64,000 nt of DNA from Bugula neritina (taxonomy: Eukaryota > Animalia > Bryozoa), in the NCBI GenBank assembly GCA_964035545.1, contig OZ037766.1:5012722-5076721 (forward strand). The letters run 5' to 3'. The notes below the pieces were generated by a model. It ran no database searches. It was not told the origin of the DNA and was given only the letters and a program-made list of their open reading frames with translations. Positions 26,378-40,930 of this stretch are shown here, piece by piece. How positions within the stretch are numbered: the first letter of the stretch is position 1; each line of letters starts with the position of its first letter. The position numbers and the translations under genes are program-made.

Positions 26378-29300
26378 TCAGCCTCTAAGAAGATTCTGGT
26401 TGAATCTCAGATTCCCATCAGCTACAAACTGATCTAAACAACTATGGTGTCCCGGTTTCACACACTCAGCAAATTTTCCTGCCTCGTAAAACTGCCAGCT
26501 GGATGTTCCACCTCTTTTCCTCCAGTGATTGGCGTGTTGGTATATCTCTGAACCATATCTGAAAATAGAAAGATTAAATACAATCTTCACAAAGTACTTC
26601 AAAACTTAGGAAAAAAAACATAGTGTGAATGTAATTTTATAGTAGTTTTAATTCCTATTTTTCTAGCAATGTTTATGAAAATTTAAAAATATTAAATTTA
26701 GTGCGATAGATTTATCATGTTATATTTGGCAGCTTGTAAAATACATTGCAGTGCTGCCTCTAGAAAAGCTCAAAAACATAACATGGAAAGTTAGTGGTTA
26801 GGCAAGTTTGCACAAAACGTTTTTACCTGTTTCTACCGATGTATAACCAAGCCACATGATAGTGTAGTGAATTCATATTAAAGTGTATTGAGATTCAACG
26901 CAGGAAAATGTATCCTTTTGTATGCAGGAAGGTTAAAGGAGGTCAAGAGATAATAATCAGAAAGAGTACAATCCGATTTTTATTGACACCAAGTATTAAT
27001 CCCAGCAAAAAGTTACATGGCAAAAAGGGTTACATGAAGTAAACAGAACTACTACTAAAAACTGAACTAAGTTAAGCCGGTACTGCTATCTAACAACGTG
27101 GTGCTGGCACAGAGTCATTTGCCAAACTAATCCATGTGGAGTTATTTAGCCAATGATATTGTCGGTGTGTAAGCACAAATGTTTATCTCATATCATTTTA
27201 CTCACCTGTTTCTACCAAATAGTCCAGGACTCTCTGGTGTAGCCACATATTCACCATCAAGTAGAACTCTGGTGGGTGATATTCCAGCTTTACTCAGTCT
27301 ACTTGTACCAGTTGAGAGGAAAGAAAATACCTCAATAAACCATCCCATTGGAGTGTAGAATCTGTAGTATGTTTTACTGTCTCGCTGTAAAGAATAACAA
27401 GTCAAATTTTTCGACAGAATTCTAACACACTTGTAAACAGCTTCAACTTAACCCTAGGAATTTTGTGCTTGAGAGATTAATTAGACAGAAAAACAGGTTG
27501 ATCTAAAAGTGTTTGATAAATGACTCTAGAGAAGCTCGTAGAAGAAAAATTTTAATAAAAACTCCAACAAATAAGGCTTTTTAATTAGCGTTGTAAAAAG
27601 TGTGAGGAAGTCTTGCACAAAAAGATAAATATTAGGAAATTCACACTTGAGGGATTTCGGAATTTGTTTGCAAATACGGACTAATAACATTTATATTGAA
27701 GTAATCTATTATTGAAGATAAAAATTTGATCATGAATCTTACAACTCACAAATGAAAGATGCTTAGGTTTCAAATATGGGGCGAGAATATCTCGTACTGC
27801 AGTGAAGTTTTTTGAGTCTACCGCCAGATCTGCGTCTACCTCCCAAGGTAAAGTTCCTTCAAACTTGAGAGATCCAAGTAACGTGCCTTCCTTTAGTTCA
27901 CATATCATGTTATGGTCCTGTGGATATTAAAATAGCTATCTGTAACAGAGCATTTCAATTCGTAAGGTAAATTGACATGTTTCTAGTGTCTATTAGAATA
28001 AGTTTATAAAGTACCACCAGCTTACTTTACAAGCTTTCATGACAGTTTTTACTCCCTGACTGAGTTCATTTATACAACAGTGAGATAGAGCTAGACTGGG
28101 GGGTTTATCAGCAGGAAGTTGAGTGTTGGCTTCATTGCAGCCATATTGGAAATGAGCATGCTGTCCCAGATATATTTCCTCCACCTACAGAAAGTATGAT
28201 AGAATTAACTCACCCAAGCAAGCAGCCATTTTCTGGTAAACTTGGCACTGAGAATTGAGTCAAGTTCACTTCTCCAGTGACACCGTAATATATTTGGAGA
28301 CAAACATCATCAAATGCCAACTGACAATGATCTCTCACCAACCTGGGAATGTTTGACAAGGTCAAGCCATTGACCTCTCTCAGACTCTCCATCTATATTA
28401 TCCACATAAGACATGCTGTCTGGACATGATAATATAATTTTCTTCAACTTGACCAGCTCTAAGAACCACAAGGCAAACCCACTAACTGAAGTCATGCCAC
28501 CTTTCAGAGGTACCTACATTATATAACAGCTTATTGTATTAGAACGAAAACACTCATGTTTGTTTTTTGCCAAAATTTCTGTGAGAGTGTGGTGTTAATG
28601 GTTTTAGATTGGTTATGGGCTTTGCCTATACGCCATACTCCCACTAAACGGCAAGCAATCATGTTGATTTAATCAAAGCAAGTGTTGCAAACCGATTATA
28701 TAAAATATAAATGTTTTTATTTATAATGCCCATAAAGTAGAGCAATGTAGAAAATTTTAAGAAACAGTGAATTATACATCAAGCTTCAAAAAATTTGCAT
28801 TATAGCAGTTAAACTTTAAAATTAGGCCTCGTGCCAATCAAAAAATTTCAGTTTGAAATGTGTTTCATAAATCTAAAAACTCAATAAAACTTTCATTTCA
28901 AGTATAATTTTTAAAAATGGTGCTACTATCTGACAAGGCTTTATAATCATCATTTTTTATTTGCCTGCATAGTGTTGAAATAAAAACTCATACATATTTA
29001 CATTATAACTTACATGTTGAAATACATGGAGCATATAAATTTTGCATTATCAGTTTAATTTCCTTGGAAAATAGTTTTCTTATAAAAGAGAATTTAACTT
29101 ACATGTTGAAATACGTGTGAATGTGTGAGAAATGGAGCTGCTACATGATTACAGAGGAAGCACGAATCTATAGACATATAATAACCAGTTGTGTAAACTA
29201 GAGTGTAATTCTTGAAGATAGACTGGTCACACGCCCTTTTCCACTGCAAATATACAGTGAATACAGTTATATGATTACAGAAGGAATGTGAAGTTATTCC

Positions 29301-31428
29301 ACAACAAGAAATATTTAATCAACACGACATAATAAATACAAACTATGGTAAACTTTACCAACTCACCTGACCTGTATGAGTATCTTTAATAGAACTGGAT
29401 ACAACTGTAGCACCAACACTTATCATATGATTTACTAATTCATTTAACTGAAGATCTTCAGTAAATTTTGTCATATTTCTTCCAATATAAACATAATCTG
29501 TGGAGACTTTACTGAGTAACTCCTTCCATACGTCTGTTTCCTTGTATGAACTATAAAACACATTGCTACATACATTGTCACATAACAGCAAGTGCTACTA
29601 CTACTACTAATTCTCTACTCACCCTCAATAGGGGACAGGTCAATATTCTGAAGGCCCATAGATTGGAAAGTCCATTGGTCCAAAAATTATGGCAGACATT
29701 TGACTTTTAGTTTTTTTAATGATATAAGTTTAAAAATAGTATAGAGGTCTTTAAAAATTAATAAAATTTCATGCTCGCAACAGGTGAGGAAACTGGGCTG
29801 AAAAATATTGAATTTTAATCCTAGAGTAGCAGACTTTGACGCCCCAAAATTAAAATATTAATGAATTGATATAACATTTAGCAGTTTGGTTTTAATGATA
29901 CCCAATGAAAATACAAACAAATGTAATATAAATCATGTTAATATTTGTAACTCTGACATAATGAGTCTGTCTAATTTCTCTCTCATCATAAAGGTCTATT
30001 TAAAAGCTATAACACTAATAAAGCCCGATATGAAATTAAAATTAGAAAGTTGAAATTAGCAAATTGAAACTTGAGCTTTTGAACTGGTATAATGGATGAC
30101 TTGCAAAAAGAAGGCTTTTACTGACCTTGTTTTATAATGTAAGACAGTAAGTTTGGAGGCTCTGTGAACACGGGCTGAGAGAGTGTGTGGAACACCAACT
30201 ATAATGTGTATCTCAGGATATATATTTACTGTATCCTGTATTATTCTTTCTACCATCTCCTCAGTAGCATCAGACATGTGGACAAAATTATAGACTACAG
30301 TAGTGAGTGTGTAGAGAGAATCTCGAGGCGGCTCTATAAAAACATGACTCACTAGTCAGTGGCAAGACTGTGCAACTTGCAACTGAAGACAATTCCTTAT
30401 GCATAGTCTGTAAAATGCTGTAAATAAATTACTGACTCCAACCATAATACATTCCAATCTGATAAAAGCTACTTATTCAAATAATACTTTCAAATACTGT
30501 TTACCAGTTGTAGATGCCTACCCAATAGTGTTTTTGTCAGCAGATAGGAATTGTATGATGTAGTAACATGCGTGTAGTAAAGCATTATCACCGAGTGGGT
30601 ACATATTACGTGGCATTCTAAATCATTGATACATGATGTAGAAAGATACATGAAGTAGATATGGCTTAGTTCTGTACAACAATATGTTTGTTGTACTTAT
30701 AAGTCACAACAGGCACTTGCCAAATGTGAATAACACACTACCAGAGACATATTATGGTAGGTACAATGGACGTCCTTGTAACAAATGCAAACATCACTGT
30801 AAACCCGTGAGTATACATCTTACCACTAAACCCTTAAAAAACATGTAACTTACCAATGACTTCTTCTTCCTTGTTGGTTGGTGGAATTAGCTTATTGATT
30901 ACCTGCTTCACCTGGAATAGACATGAGTCTGTGAGTAAACATTGTGTAATGAGTAGAGGTAGGTCTGTGGCCATTTATCAGTTGATGTTTAAAGTCATAT
31001 AATTTTTTTTTTCTAAAACTTGTCACAAACCTCTAGCAAGAAATTTACAAAATTACATTTACGTTTTTATAGGACAACAATTAGTGAGAGCAAACTGACC
31101 TTATAAAAAGCAGAATTAAGAGTTTTCTTCTCTTTATAGGAATAAGTGTGGTGACTGGTTTTTGCTAAGCTGTCAGCTAAATACACAAGTTTTCCCATCA
31201 TTTCAGCTCTATGATCTACTCGCAGCCTATACAATATAAAGACAATACCTACTAAAGATACTTTACAACTTTACACACACGCACGCACGCACACAATCAG
31301 TTTTAAAAGACTTACTTCATAAGTTGATGGCCACTTGAAGAAAGGTTGAGTATTTTCCAAACTAGATATATCACTACAGTTAGTGTAGCACACAGCGTTG
31401 TCTTTCTCTTAATCATATGGTAGAGCAT
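26378..31428 (-). CDS. FKRP-like / LicD-family nucleotidyltransferase, paralog B
   Basis: Exons 31428-31316, 31226-31100, 30911-30854, 30333-30126, 29565(or 29550)-29367, 29243-29103, 28513-28343, 28184-28026, 27917-27750, 27384-27206 and 26558-26378 are in frame. Motif GTLLGSLKFEGTLPWEVDAD. Confidence 0.85.
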
Positions 31429-33048
31429 TGCTGACCCTTCTGCTAGAAAATACACATTTGTAGTAAATTTGCATCACTGGCTATGCAATGCAAAGCTTTC
31501 ACAGAAAAGCCATACAGCAATAAGGAAATCTGAACTAATCATAGTATGATCAAAATAAGCATGCTAGATAAAATAGTGAGTGAATTTTTGACCATTTGGC
31601 ACTCCATAAATTTTTGACCATTAAATACTCCATATGATGGATTATCTGATAAAGAGAAGTAATTTAAATACACTAACCGTTTAAACTCTTATAAGATGTT
31701 AGATTGCATTTTGAACTGACTTTAACCATCGCTAAAAACTTAAAACGAATGCTTAGTGGAGATTACAGTGAAACTTGAAGCACAGGTTTTGTAAAAAAAT
31801 AAGCAAAAGAGTGTATTAAACAAAACATGTATTAACCGTGCTCTTTAACTAGTAGCTTCACCATAAACTAAATACAGTAGCAAATGCATATGAGAAAGCA
31901 TTATATAAAATTTAAGTCTATTGTCATTCATGACCAGAGTAAACATTCTCTTTGTTTGATATTTGTTTCAAAACTCAATAGGTATACTGTTAATGCCTTT
32001 CAATGCATACCATGTGCTATCACACAAGATGAGTTCATATTGGCATTCTTTGGGGAACAAATACACATTCAACACCCACTGCCACTTTTAGTTGGTAGCT
32101 TACAAGGACCGAAGCTGCAGCTATAACAAGTCACAGCAACCAATTTAACATACATGCAAAATGCAACTTAGAATATTATTACCATTTAAGTATAAATCAA
32201 TGATTATTACAATAGCCTATGTTACATTTTTGTGACACATCTACATGTAGTTCTTTCAAATTTATTGATGAAAAAATACCAAGACCAGCAAAAATGTCTA
32301 AAATTTAATTTCACAAAGCACAATACATTTTCAGTCAGTAGGCAGGCATAAATGTAATGCTTTAGTTGGTAAATTAAACAAAGTATATTCCTCTAACTTG
32401 TCCTGAAAACGGTTTTCTTAAAAAGTTAATATAAAATTGAAAAAAATTTGCTGGTTTTATAGGGTCTATTACCCTGTTTAGCTGTATGTACAAATTGTAG
32501 AGCTCTAGCAAAGTTGCAAATATATGTAAAATCAATTGTGATAGTGAATTCAAAGAAATGTTAAAATTAGGACTCTTTTTAGTAAACATTTAAGTTGTTA
32601 GTGAAATGTCAATACCGCATTATAGTTTTACCTCAAGAACTGACGTGTGAAAGAGTAGGGAGTTGAAAGCTAGCCAGATTAATTAGTATAAATCAAATAG
32701 CCAAACTATGTAAAAAATCACCAGCCACTGACACAATACATATTTATAATTTTATTAGAAAAACTCCACACTTTGTCCACTTAAAGTTTTTTATGCAAAA
32801 TTATGATATTTGATTGTTGTTAACAATGTATTTTAGCATACATGTATGCAACAATAACATTAAAATATCTATAAACAGTACAACAGACAGAAACAACAAA
32901 CAAATGGAAAATTATACAAATATAAAATAACACCAAAAAAGTTCATATAAACTCTTATCTGCTTGTAGTATTAACAGAAGTTATAAATAAGTTCGACAGA
33001 GACAGAAAGAAAGTGAGTAAATAGGTCACAATTAGTCAACTGATTGTG

Positions 33049-36000
33049 TCAGCCTCTAAGAAGATTCTGGTTGAATCTCAGATTCCCATCAGCTACAAAC
33101 TGATCTAAACAATTATGGTGTCTTGGTTTCACACACTCGGCAAATTTTCCTGCCTCGTAAAACTGCCAGCTAGATGTTCCACCTCTTTTCCTCCAGTGAT
33201 TAGCGTGTTGGTATATTTCTGAAGCGTATCTAAAATTAGAAAAATTAAAAACCATCTTCACAGTACTTCAAAACTTTGAAAAATTTCCATAGTGTGAATG
33301 TCATGTTATAGTAGTTTTAATTCATCACTTCCTAGCAAGTTTTATGAAAATTTAAAAATTTTTAATTTAGTAAAAAATAAATTTACAATGCTATGTTTGG
33401 CAGCCTGTATAATATATTGTGGGGCTGCCTCTAGAAAAGCTTAAAAACATAACATGGAATTAGTGGGTAAACATGTTTGCAAAAGATGTTTCGCTTGTCT
33501 CTATACTAATTCACAAAATGTACCCCTTGTAGAGAGTATTGTTGGAAGATTCATTATTTTTATTATAATAATTTATTCTAGACACTCTATGAAAAGTTTA
33601 ATATAAAACATTTTACAACCTTTCAAAACATTTTACTCACCTGTTTCTAACAAATAATCCGGGACTCTCTGGTGTAGCCACATATTCACCATCGAGTAAA
33701 ACTCTGGTGGGTGATATTCTAGCTTTACTCAGTCTACTTGTATCAGTTGAGGAGACGGAAAATATCTCAATAAACCATCTCATTGGAGTGTAGAATCTGT
33801 AGTATGTTTTACTGTCTCGCTGTGAAATATAAAAGGTAGAATTATTCCACAGAACTTCAACAAATTTCTAAAAAGCTTCAACTTTAGCCTTGCAACTTTA
33901 CACTTGAGAGATTAACAAGAGACAGAAACAGGTTTACCCTGATAGTCTTTAACAAATGACTAAAAACAAGTTTATAAATGACAAATTATAATTAAAAGAA
34001 TTCAACCATTAAAACTTTTCTATTAGCCTAGGGCCACACTGTGCGTATTTTCGCATGCGAAAACTGAAATCACAAGTAGCAAAGGTGTCCACTGTGCGCG
34101 TTGAGAAAACATTCGCGTTGAGAAAACATTCGCACTTGTCGCTCTGCATTTTCAACGCAAGAGCGAATCGTCTCTGTCGTCGTCACCTAATTGGCTGGTA
34201 GTTATTAAGCGAGCCCAATTTCTTTATTTTTGTGCTAAACTCCAGTAAATTGCGTTTTATTAAAAGCGAGTGCAATTCAAAAATGAAAGCTTTATTTATC
34301 ACGCGACACTGACGCTACAGTGGACGCCTTTGCTACTTGTGGTTTCAATTTTCGCATGCGAAAATACGCACCGTGTGGCCCTAGGCTTAGTCATTTAACA
34401 AGTGCACTGATAGCATATACATTGAAACGATGCTACATCATGAAAACATATTACTCAAGGTAGTTTGAGATCTGTTTGCTGCTCCACTAAAAACATGTGT
34501 TGAAATAATCTATTATTAAACCTGAAAGTTACATCATGAATCTTACAACTCACAAATGTAAGATGCTTAGGTTTCAAATATGGAGCGAGAATATCCCGAA
34601 CTGCGGTGAAGTTATTTGAGTCTACTGAAAGATCTGCATCCACCTCCCAAGGTAAAGTTCCTTCAAACTTGAGAGATCCAAGTAACGTGCCGTCATTTAG
34701 TTCACATATCATGTTATGGTCCTGTGGATATAAGTAGAACTCTTTCTGACAATGCATGTGTTTTCAATTCATCAGGTTAATTCAAATGTTTCTAGTTTCA
34801 ATTAGAAGTAGTTTTTAAAATACCACCAGCTTACTTTACAAGCTTTCATGACAGTTTTTACTCCCTGACTGAGTTCATTTATACAGCAGTGAGATAGAGC
34901 TAAACTGGGGGGTTTATCAGCAGGAAGTTGAGTATTGGCTTCATTGCAGCCATATTGGAAATGAGCATGCTGTCCCAGGTATATTTCCTCCACCTACAGA
35001 AAGTATGATATAATAGACCCTTTTCAGAGGTCCCCAATATTCCCCTACAATTGAGAGTTGTGTTCTCCCAAAATAAAATTTGTTGAGCAAAATGGCTTGA
35101 ACTCATTTTTGTGGTTTTGGTTGCTGAACAATGCTCAAGTGCCACTTTAGCATTGCTCAGTAATCAAATCCACATATATGCTTTCAAGATTATTTTTGTC
35201 AAAATTATCCATAAAGAAATATTTGTAAAATTTTGTTGAACTGCTAATATGTGTGCTTATACCAAAATATCTATCTCCTAAAATTACAATTCTACAGCCT
35301 AATTAGAATGTCAAGTAGCAGCCAAACTTTAACTTTGTTAATGAGTTTGCTCTTTATACAAAGGTTCAACCTATTCCCTTTGAGAGACCACAACTCTTAT
35401 TTGTTAAGGGGATATCAGGGACCTCTGAAAAGGACCTATTGCCATGTTGGAGAGCATTGCTAATTTAAAATTAAAAGTTTTGAAATTTATAAAGTGAATA
35501 CAAGGAAAGTCATGTTACTAAATTTCAACTATTACTAAAAGTAATATGGAATACGTGCCATGATCTCTCACCGACCTGAGAATGTTTGACAAGGTCAAGC
35601 CATTGATCTCTCTCAGACTCTCTATCTATATTATCCACATAAGACATGCTGTCTGGACATGATAATATAATTTTCTTCAACTTGACCAGCTCTAAGAACC
35701 ACAAGGCAAACCCACTAACTGAAGTCATGCCACCTTTCAGAGGTACCTACATTATATAAGTGAAACAGCGCAAATATTATGTAGTTTTGGAAAATCTAAA
35801 TTAATTGAAAAACAAATAACTAACATATCAGTATTAATTCTATCATTATATACATGCATACTAAAAGCTTCACCATGCTGGGTTCTAAGGGTGATAATAT
35901 TAGATATACCAAAGCCCACTACGTTAGTTTATTCAAATTCTTGCAGCTGAAAGTGAAAGCCTAATTTCACTAAGAGAATGAATCTAAATATTTTTTTAAA

Positions 36001-37857
36001 GTTGTTGGTGAGAGAGAAATTGATGACTCAGTTTCATTCTAAACCATACTAGAAAAATCTCAAACAGGCATTTCCTTAACATGGTTAATGGGTTATTCAA
36101 CAACTCCTATAATTTGCTTCAACATAAGTTGAGTTTTGCTCTTTTAATCATTGAACATTTTCACCAATTAAACTTTTTTATGTTAAAACAACCTGAAATT
36201 TTTAAATTTATCCAGTATGAAAACAAGTGTCACAGAAAAAAAAAATTTCATACTGAAAATGGCAAAAACGTATAATTAATACATTACTTAAAATTATAAC
36301 AATTAAATAGTCTCATTGAAAAAACTATTTCTTGGAAAAGATACTTTTACTAGTTTCATTGGAAATATCGTCTTACGTTGCAGAAAATGATTTCACACAA
36401 TATTATGATGGTTAGAAGCTGTGAGTTATGAGCTGTCTACATAATTCTACACAAGAGCTAAGCAGCAAGGAATCTTCAAAAAAATTAAAGTTGTGAGTTT
36501 GTATTGCGTCAACACACTGTTTGTCGAGTGGAAATACATCACACGCACAACGAGCATATACTGGGTGCATAATGATTACATCGTATGATCCTTTACTGAG
36601 CAGGGAGAAAAGCCAAACTTACCGCTTTAAAACACCTGTTGAAATAAGCGTGTTCATAATTAAAACAAAATTTCAACCCAACGTTGCTTTTTACCACATT
36701 TTAATAAAACCAAATTACATTACCAATCGTCACATACATACATATACTAAAGCCAAGTTGATAACCAACATGGCTTTGGTATTGTTGTTGGTTTTCACAA
36801 ATTTAGTATTGATGTGTCTGACACACCACCAATACCATATGTAGGAACTATATCCAGTAGTAAGTGTTTTTCTGTGTTCGAACTTCCTGTGTTAAGCCAG
36901 CACATTTCACATGTTACAAGTTATACCGAAAACACAAAAAAATCGTAAAACAGAAAATTAGTACCAAAAATACTGAATTTCTAAAAAAGAGGTACTAAAA
37001 TATTAACAGTTTATCAGCTATTCAAGTTTGACAGTTTTGATATTTCTAACAGCAGCACTGAACTAGTTAGACCTTCATAATTATACAAGTGTCTTGGCTT
37101 TTACATGCTGCATGCAAACTTCAATGAAGGACATCTTCCTGGTGTATACACAGTCTAGGAAAAAACTAGATTCCCATCAAGTGTCTGCATATATTTTGGG
37201 GGCCTGCGCTTGCGCTAGTTTCACTATCGGTGCATAAATTGGCCCCATCAGTACCTCTTATTGAGCGACGCCCCATAATATCTACTTTCTCATTAAACTT
37301 GTTGATGAGTAAAATAAATAAACAAAATAAACATATATTATTTAAAACAACAGTACACCAAGTTTCTATTTCCTGTTAAGAAAGAAAAATGCTTACGTGT
37401 TGAAACAGACTTGAATGTGTGAGAAATGGAGCTGCTACATGATTACAGAAGAAGCACGAATCTATAGACATATAATAACCAGGTGTGTAAACTAGAGTGT
37501 AATTCTTGAAGATAGACTGGTCACACGCCCTTTTCCACTGAAAACAAACAGTGAATACAGTAATATTTAATCAACACGACATAATAAATACAAACTATGG
37601 TAAACTTTACCAACTCACCTGACCAGTGTGAGTATCTTTAATAGAACTGGATACAACTGTAGCACCAACACTTATCATATGATTTACTAATTCATTTAAT
37701 TGAATGTCTTCAGTAAATTTTGTTATATTTCTTCCAATATAAACATATTCTGTGGAAACTTTACTGAGTAGCTCTTTCCATACGTCTGTTTCCTTGTATG
37801 AGCTGTAAAACACATTGCTACATACATGTCACACAACAGCAAGTACTACTACTATGT

Positions 37858-37948
<91 letters not shown>

Positions 37949-40751
37949 TATTACTATGTTATGTAGAAATGCTATCACTATACTAAGTATATATACGTCT
38001 ACATGTTTGACTTAAGCATTAGTTTTGGCCATTACTTATTTTCAAAAAAATTCCTTAGAAACTGTAAAGCTGTAGAACTATAAAATAATTGACTCAGTGA
38101 TTGGTGCTTCTATGAAAACAAATTAAGAAGCAAGTTCATTTTACTAGCCTGGTTCTATAAGGTAGAATAGTAAGTTTGGAGGCTCTGTGAACACGGACCG
38201 AAAGAGTGTGCGGTACACCAACTATAATGTGTATCTCAGGATATATATTCACTGTATCCTGTATTATTCTTTCTACCATCTCCTCAGTAGCATCAGTCTT
38301 GTGGACGAAATTACAGACTACAGTAGTGAGTGTGTAGAAGTTACTGGAGTCCAGTACAGAGTCTAAAACAAGCCAACGGAACTCAACAAAAGCTCACATG
38401 TGTATCTACTCAAATATCCATCTTGATTGGTCCCAATTGCCTTATACAACAAGCATTACTTAGTCAGCTAAAAAACTTTTAGATGAAAAACTTGAAACCG
38501 AGAAAAAAACACAATATTATAGTTATTGTAGTTCTATCTACAATTGATAACATTTAAGCCAACAAAATATATCTTATGTTGATAATTTGCTACTGTATTG
38601 TCATTTCACACTGTAAATTGGTACAAAAATCATATTTTGCTACCATTTTATATAGGATGGTTTTATATCAGATGTTGAAAAGCCATATAATACACAGCAG
38701 AAGTCTGAATGCTTAGGAGAGAAAAACCCACCAAGCTTGTGGTGTAACTTGAGCTGCAGCTGATGAGGGAGCAAAGGTGGCAGGAAACCAGCTATCAACT
38801 CTTTGACCTACAAACATTGGAAGCACTAAAAGCCACGGCAGCTCTCCATTGCCCGGCATCTCAAGAAAATTCATTTTTAAAGCAGAACTTCTGTAGGAAA
38901 AAAGCCATTTGAGAAAAATAAAATACCTAGCTGTGGACAGAGCAAATTGTGAGTGTAGCCCAGCAAAGTAATGGAGGTTTTCTAAGATTAATTATTAAAA
39001 AACCGTATATTATTAGGTTGCAGTACAAACTAATGAGAAGATGGTTTATACAAGCCACTTATGTACAGGAGTTTTCTTATCTTGTTTGTTAACCAACTAA
39101 CTGGGTGATTTATATAAATGGTATTATATATTAGGTACTAAAAGTGTACAGTTTAATAAGCTTTATATTATGTATTGTATTTTATACATATAACATATAT
39201 TTTATATTATTTGCTGTATATTATATAAATGCTTCATATTGTGTACTGTGCATAACAGTCAAAGCACAAACAAAACAAAACAAGAAACCCTCGTGTAAGT
39301 AACAATAAACAAATAAAATAAATTGAGCAGAGTGAGAGCTAATTAAAATTGAAAATACTGACTGTATAGAAATGAGAGGCCACGTGTGGCAGAGGGTATC
39401 CTACAGGTAGACAACAACAATATACATGAGCAGCACAAAACAATAACACATTATTTCAATAAACAGTATAATTGAGTACAAACATTGCTATTTATTCTCT
39501 ATTTGCATGCACTGCATAGTTTGGCTGCAAAGGATATTAGAAGGTGTAGAAACTGTAAACACTTGACATTATAATTATTTCTTGGTGAAAAGTATACAAA
39601 GAAATGTATGAAACTAACCTTATAGAAAGCAGAATTGAGAGTTTTCCTCTCTTTATATGAATAAGTGTGGTGATTGGTTTTTGCTAAGCTGTCAGCTAAA
39701 TACACAAGTTTTTCTATCATCTTGTGATTACAGCTAGTGTGATTTTCTACGCTGTGTAAATAAAATATCAGACATTACACCATTCTTGTATTACAGTAAA
39801 CAACATCATAAAATAGGCAATGACGCAGCGCATTTAATTAACTAAAAAGATACAAAGAATATTAAAATATACATTTGTATTATTCACAGAATCAATGGCT
39901 ATGAAGAGTTGGATGCGGACAGCTGCAAGATTAATCGTAAAGGTATTGTCAGATAATGCGTGTTGAGATGCCTTAGTTGTAAAGGAATAAAAACTAAAAC
40001 AAAGTGCAATTTATTGAACTGCTTAGTAATAATATGCAAGTACCTAATCTGTAAATTTTATTCACCTACAAAATGATTTAAATAGAACACACGGCCATAT
40101 CCCATCATTATCATCAGTTATGCAGGTTTTAACAGTTCATTTAATATTTAACGTTATTGTGCTCTTGCAAAATATTTTCACAGCAAACTGTTAATTTAAA
40201 TCAGTATTTGCAATTAGTAAAACTTATTAAATAAAAGTGTAATAATATCTAGAGTGCCTGGCCTGAAATGCTAGCACAGAGTGTAAGTGACACAAGTGTC
40301 ACAAAACACAGATGGTCACACACATATTGAGAGGTGTGGTAAACTTGTTATGTAGTTAACAATAAAGAAACCCGACACATTGTATTTATTCAGTAAATAC
40401 AGCTAAATACAACTTCAAGGCAAACACATTGAGTTTATAACAAACTTCAAGCCTGCATGTCTTATAATATTATATCTTATAGTCTGCATGCATATAGTAG
40501 AGATGATGGCTCGATTCCTGATGATGGTGCAGTTAGGCTTAGTGTCTGTAAATTAGATTTACACTTTGTTTTACAGTAAGCTTAAAATTTTTATATTTGT
40601 TTTGAAAAAGCTATAAATTTATAAATTGTGTTTTAAGCACAGGAAATGCTCACCTAAAGGATAGCCAATGTCTGACCAATATACAGATAACTACAAGTGC
40701 TGCTACTTTCAAGACTAAATGAGAAAGAAGTCTCCATCGAACAAAAATCAT
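33049..40751 (-). CDS. FKRP-like / LicD-family nucleotidyltransferase, paralog C
   Basis: Exons 40751-40654 (TM, MIFVRWRLLSHLVLKVAALVVICILV), 39751-39619, 38807-38732, 38362-38149 (needs a GC donor), 37817(or 37802)-37619, 37537-37397, 35746-35576, 34993-34835, 34721-34554, 33819-33641 and 33229-33049. Confidence 0.8.
34026..34386. mobile_element. PIF/Harbinger-type MITE
   Basis: TIRs of about 70 bp (GCCTAGGGCCACACTGTGCGTATTTTCGCATGCGAAAA… / …TTTTCGCATGCGAAAATACGCACCGTGTGGCCCTAGGC), flanked by TTA on both sides. Absent at the homologous intron-9 site of paralogs A and B. Confidence 0.85.
35012..35440. mobile_element. MITE-like element with imperfect TIRs of about 55-75 bp
   Basis: AATAGACCCTTTTCAGAGGTCCCCAATATTCCCC… versus …GGGGATATCAGGGACCTCTGAAAAGGACCTATT, in intron 7 of paralog C. 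Confidence 0.7.
37862..37948. repeat. (TA)n microsatellite
   Basis: Nearly pure TA run. Confidence 0.95.
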
Positions 40752-40930
40752 GTTCCAAATATTTAGTGTAGTTTTTCTGCAAATAAAAGAAGCATGACTA
40801 AAATATAGAATGGTAAACACAAAATTAACTTTTTATTAAATCTTAATATAAAAGTAGAAAACTTTTTATTGTTAACAAATATATATGATTTTAACCCTCA
40901 AATAAAACAAAAAAATATCTAGAGCAGCGG

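Noticed and set aside
38760-38792. CTGATGA…GAAAC resembling a hammerhead core
   Set aside because: No stem II or III pairing; it is the antisense of paralog C exon 3.
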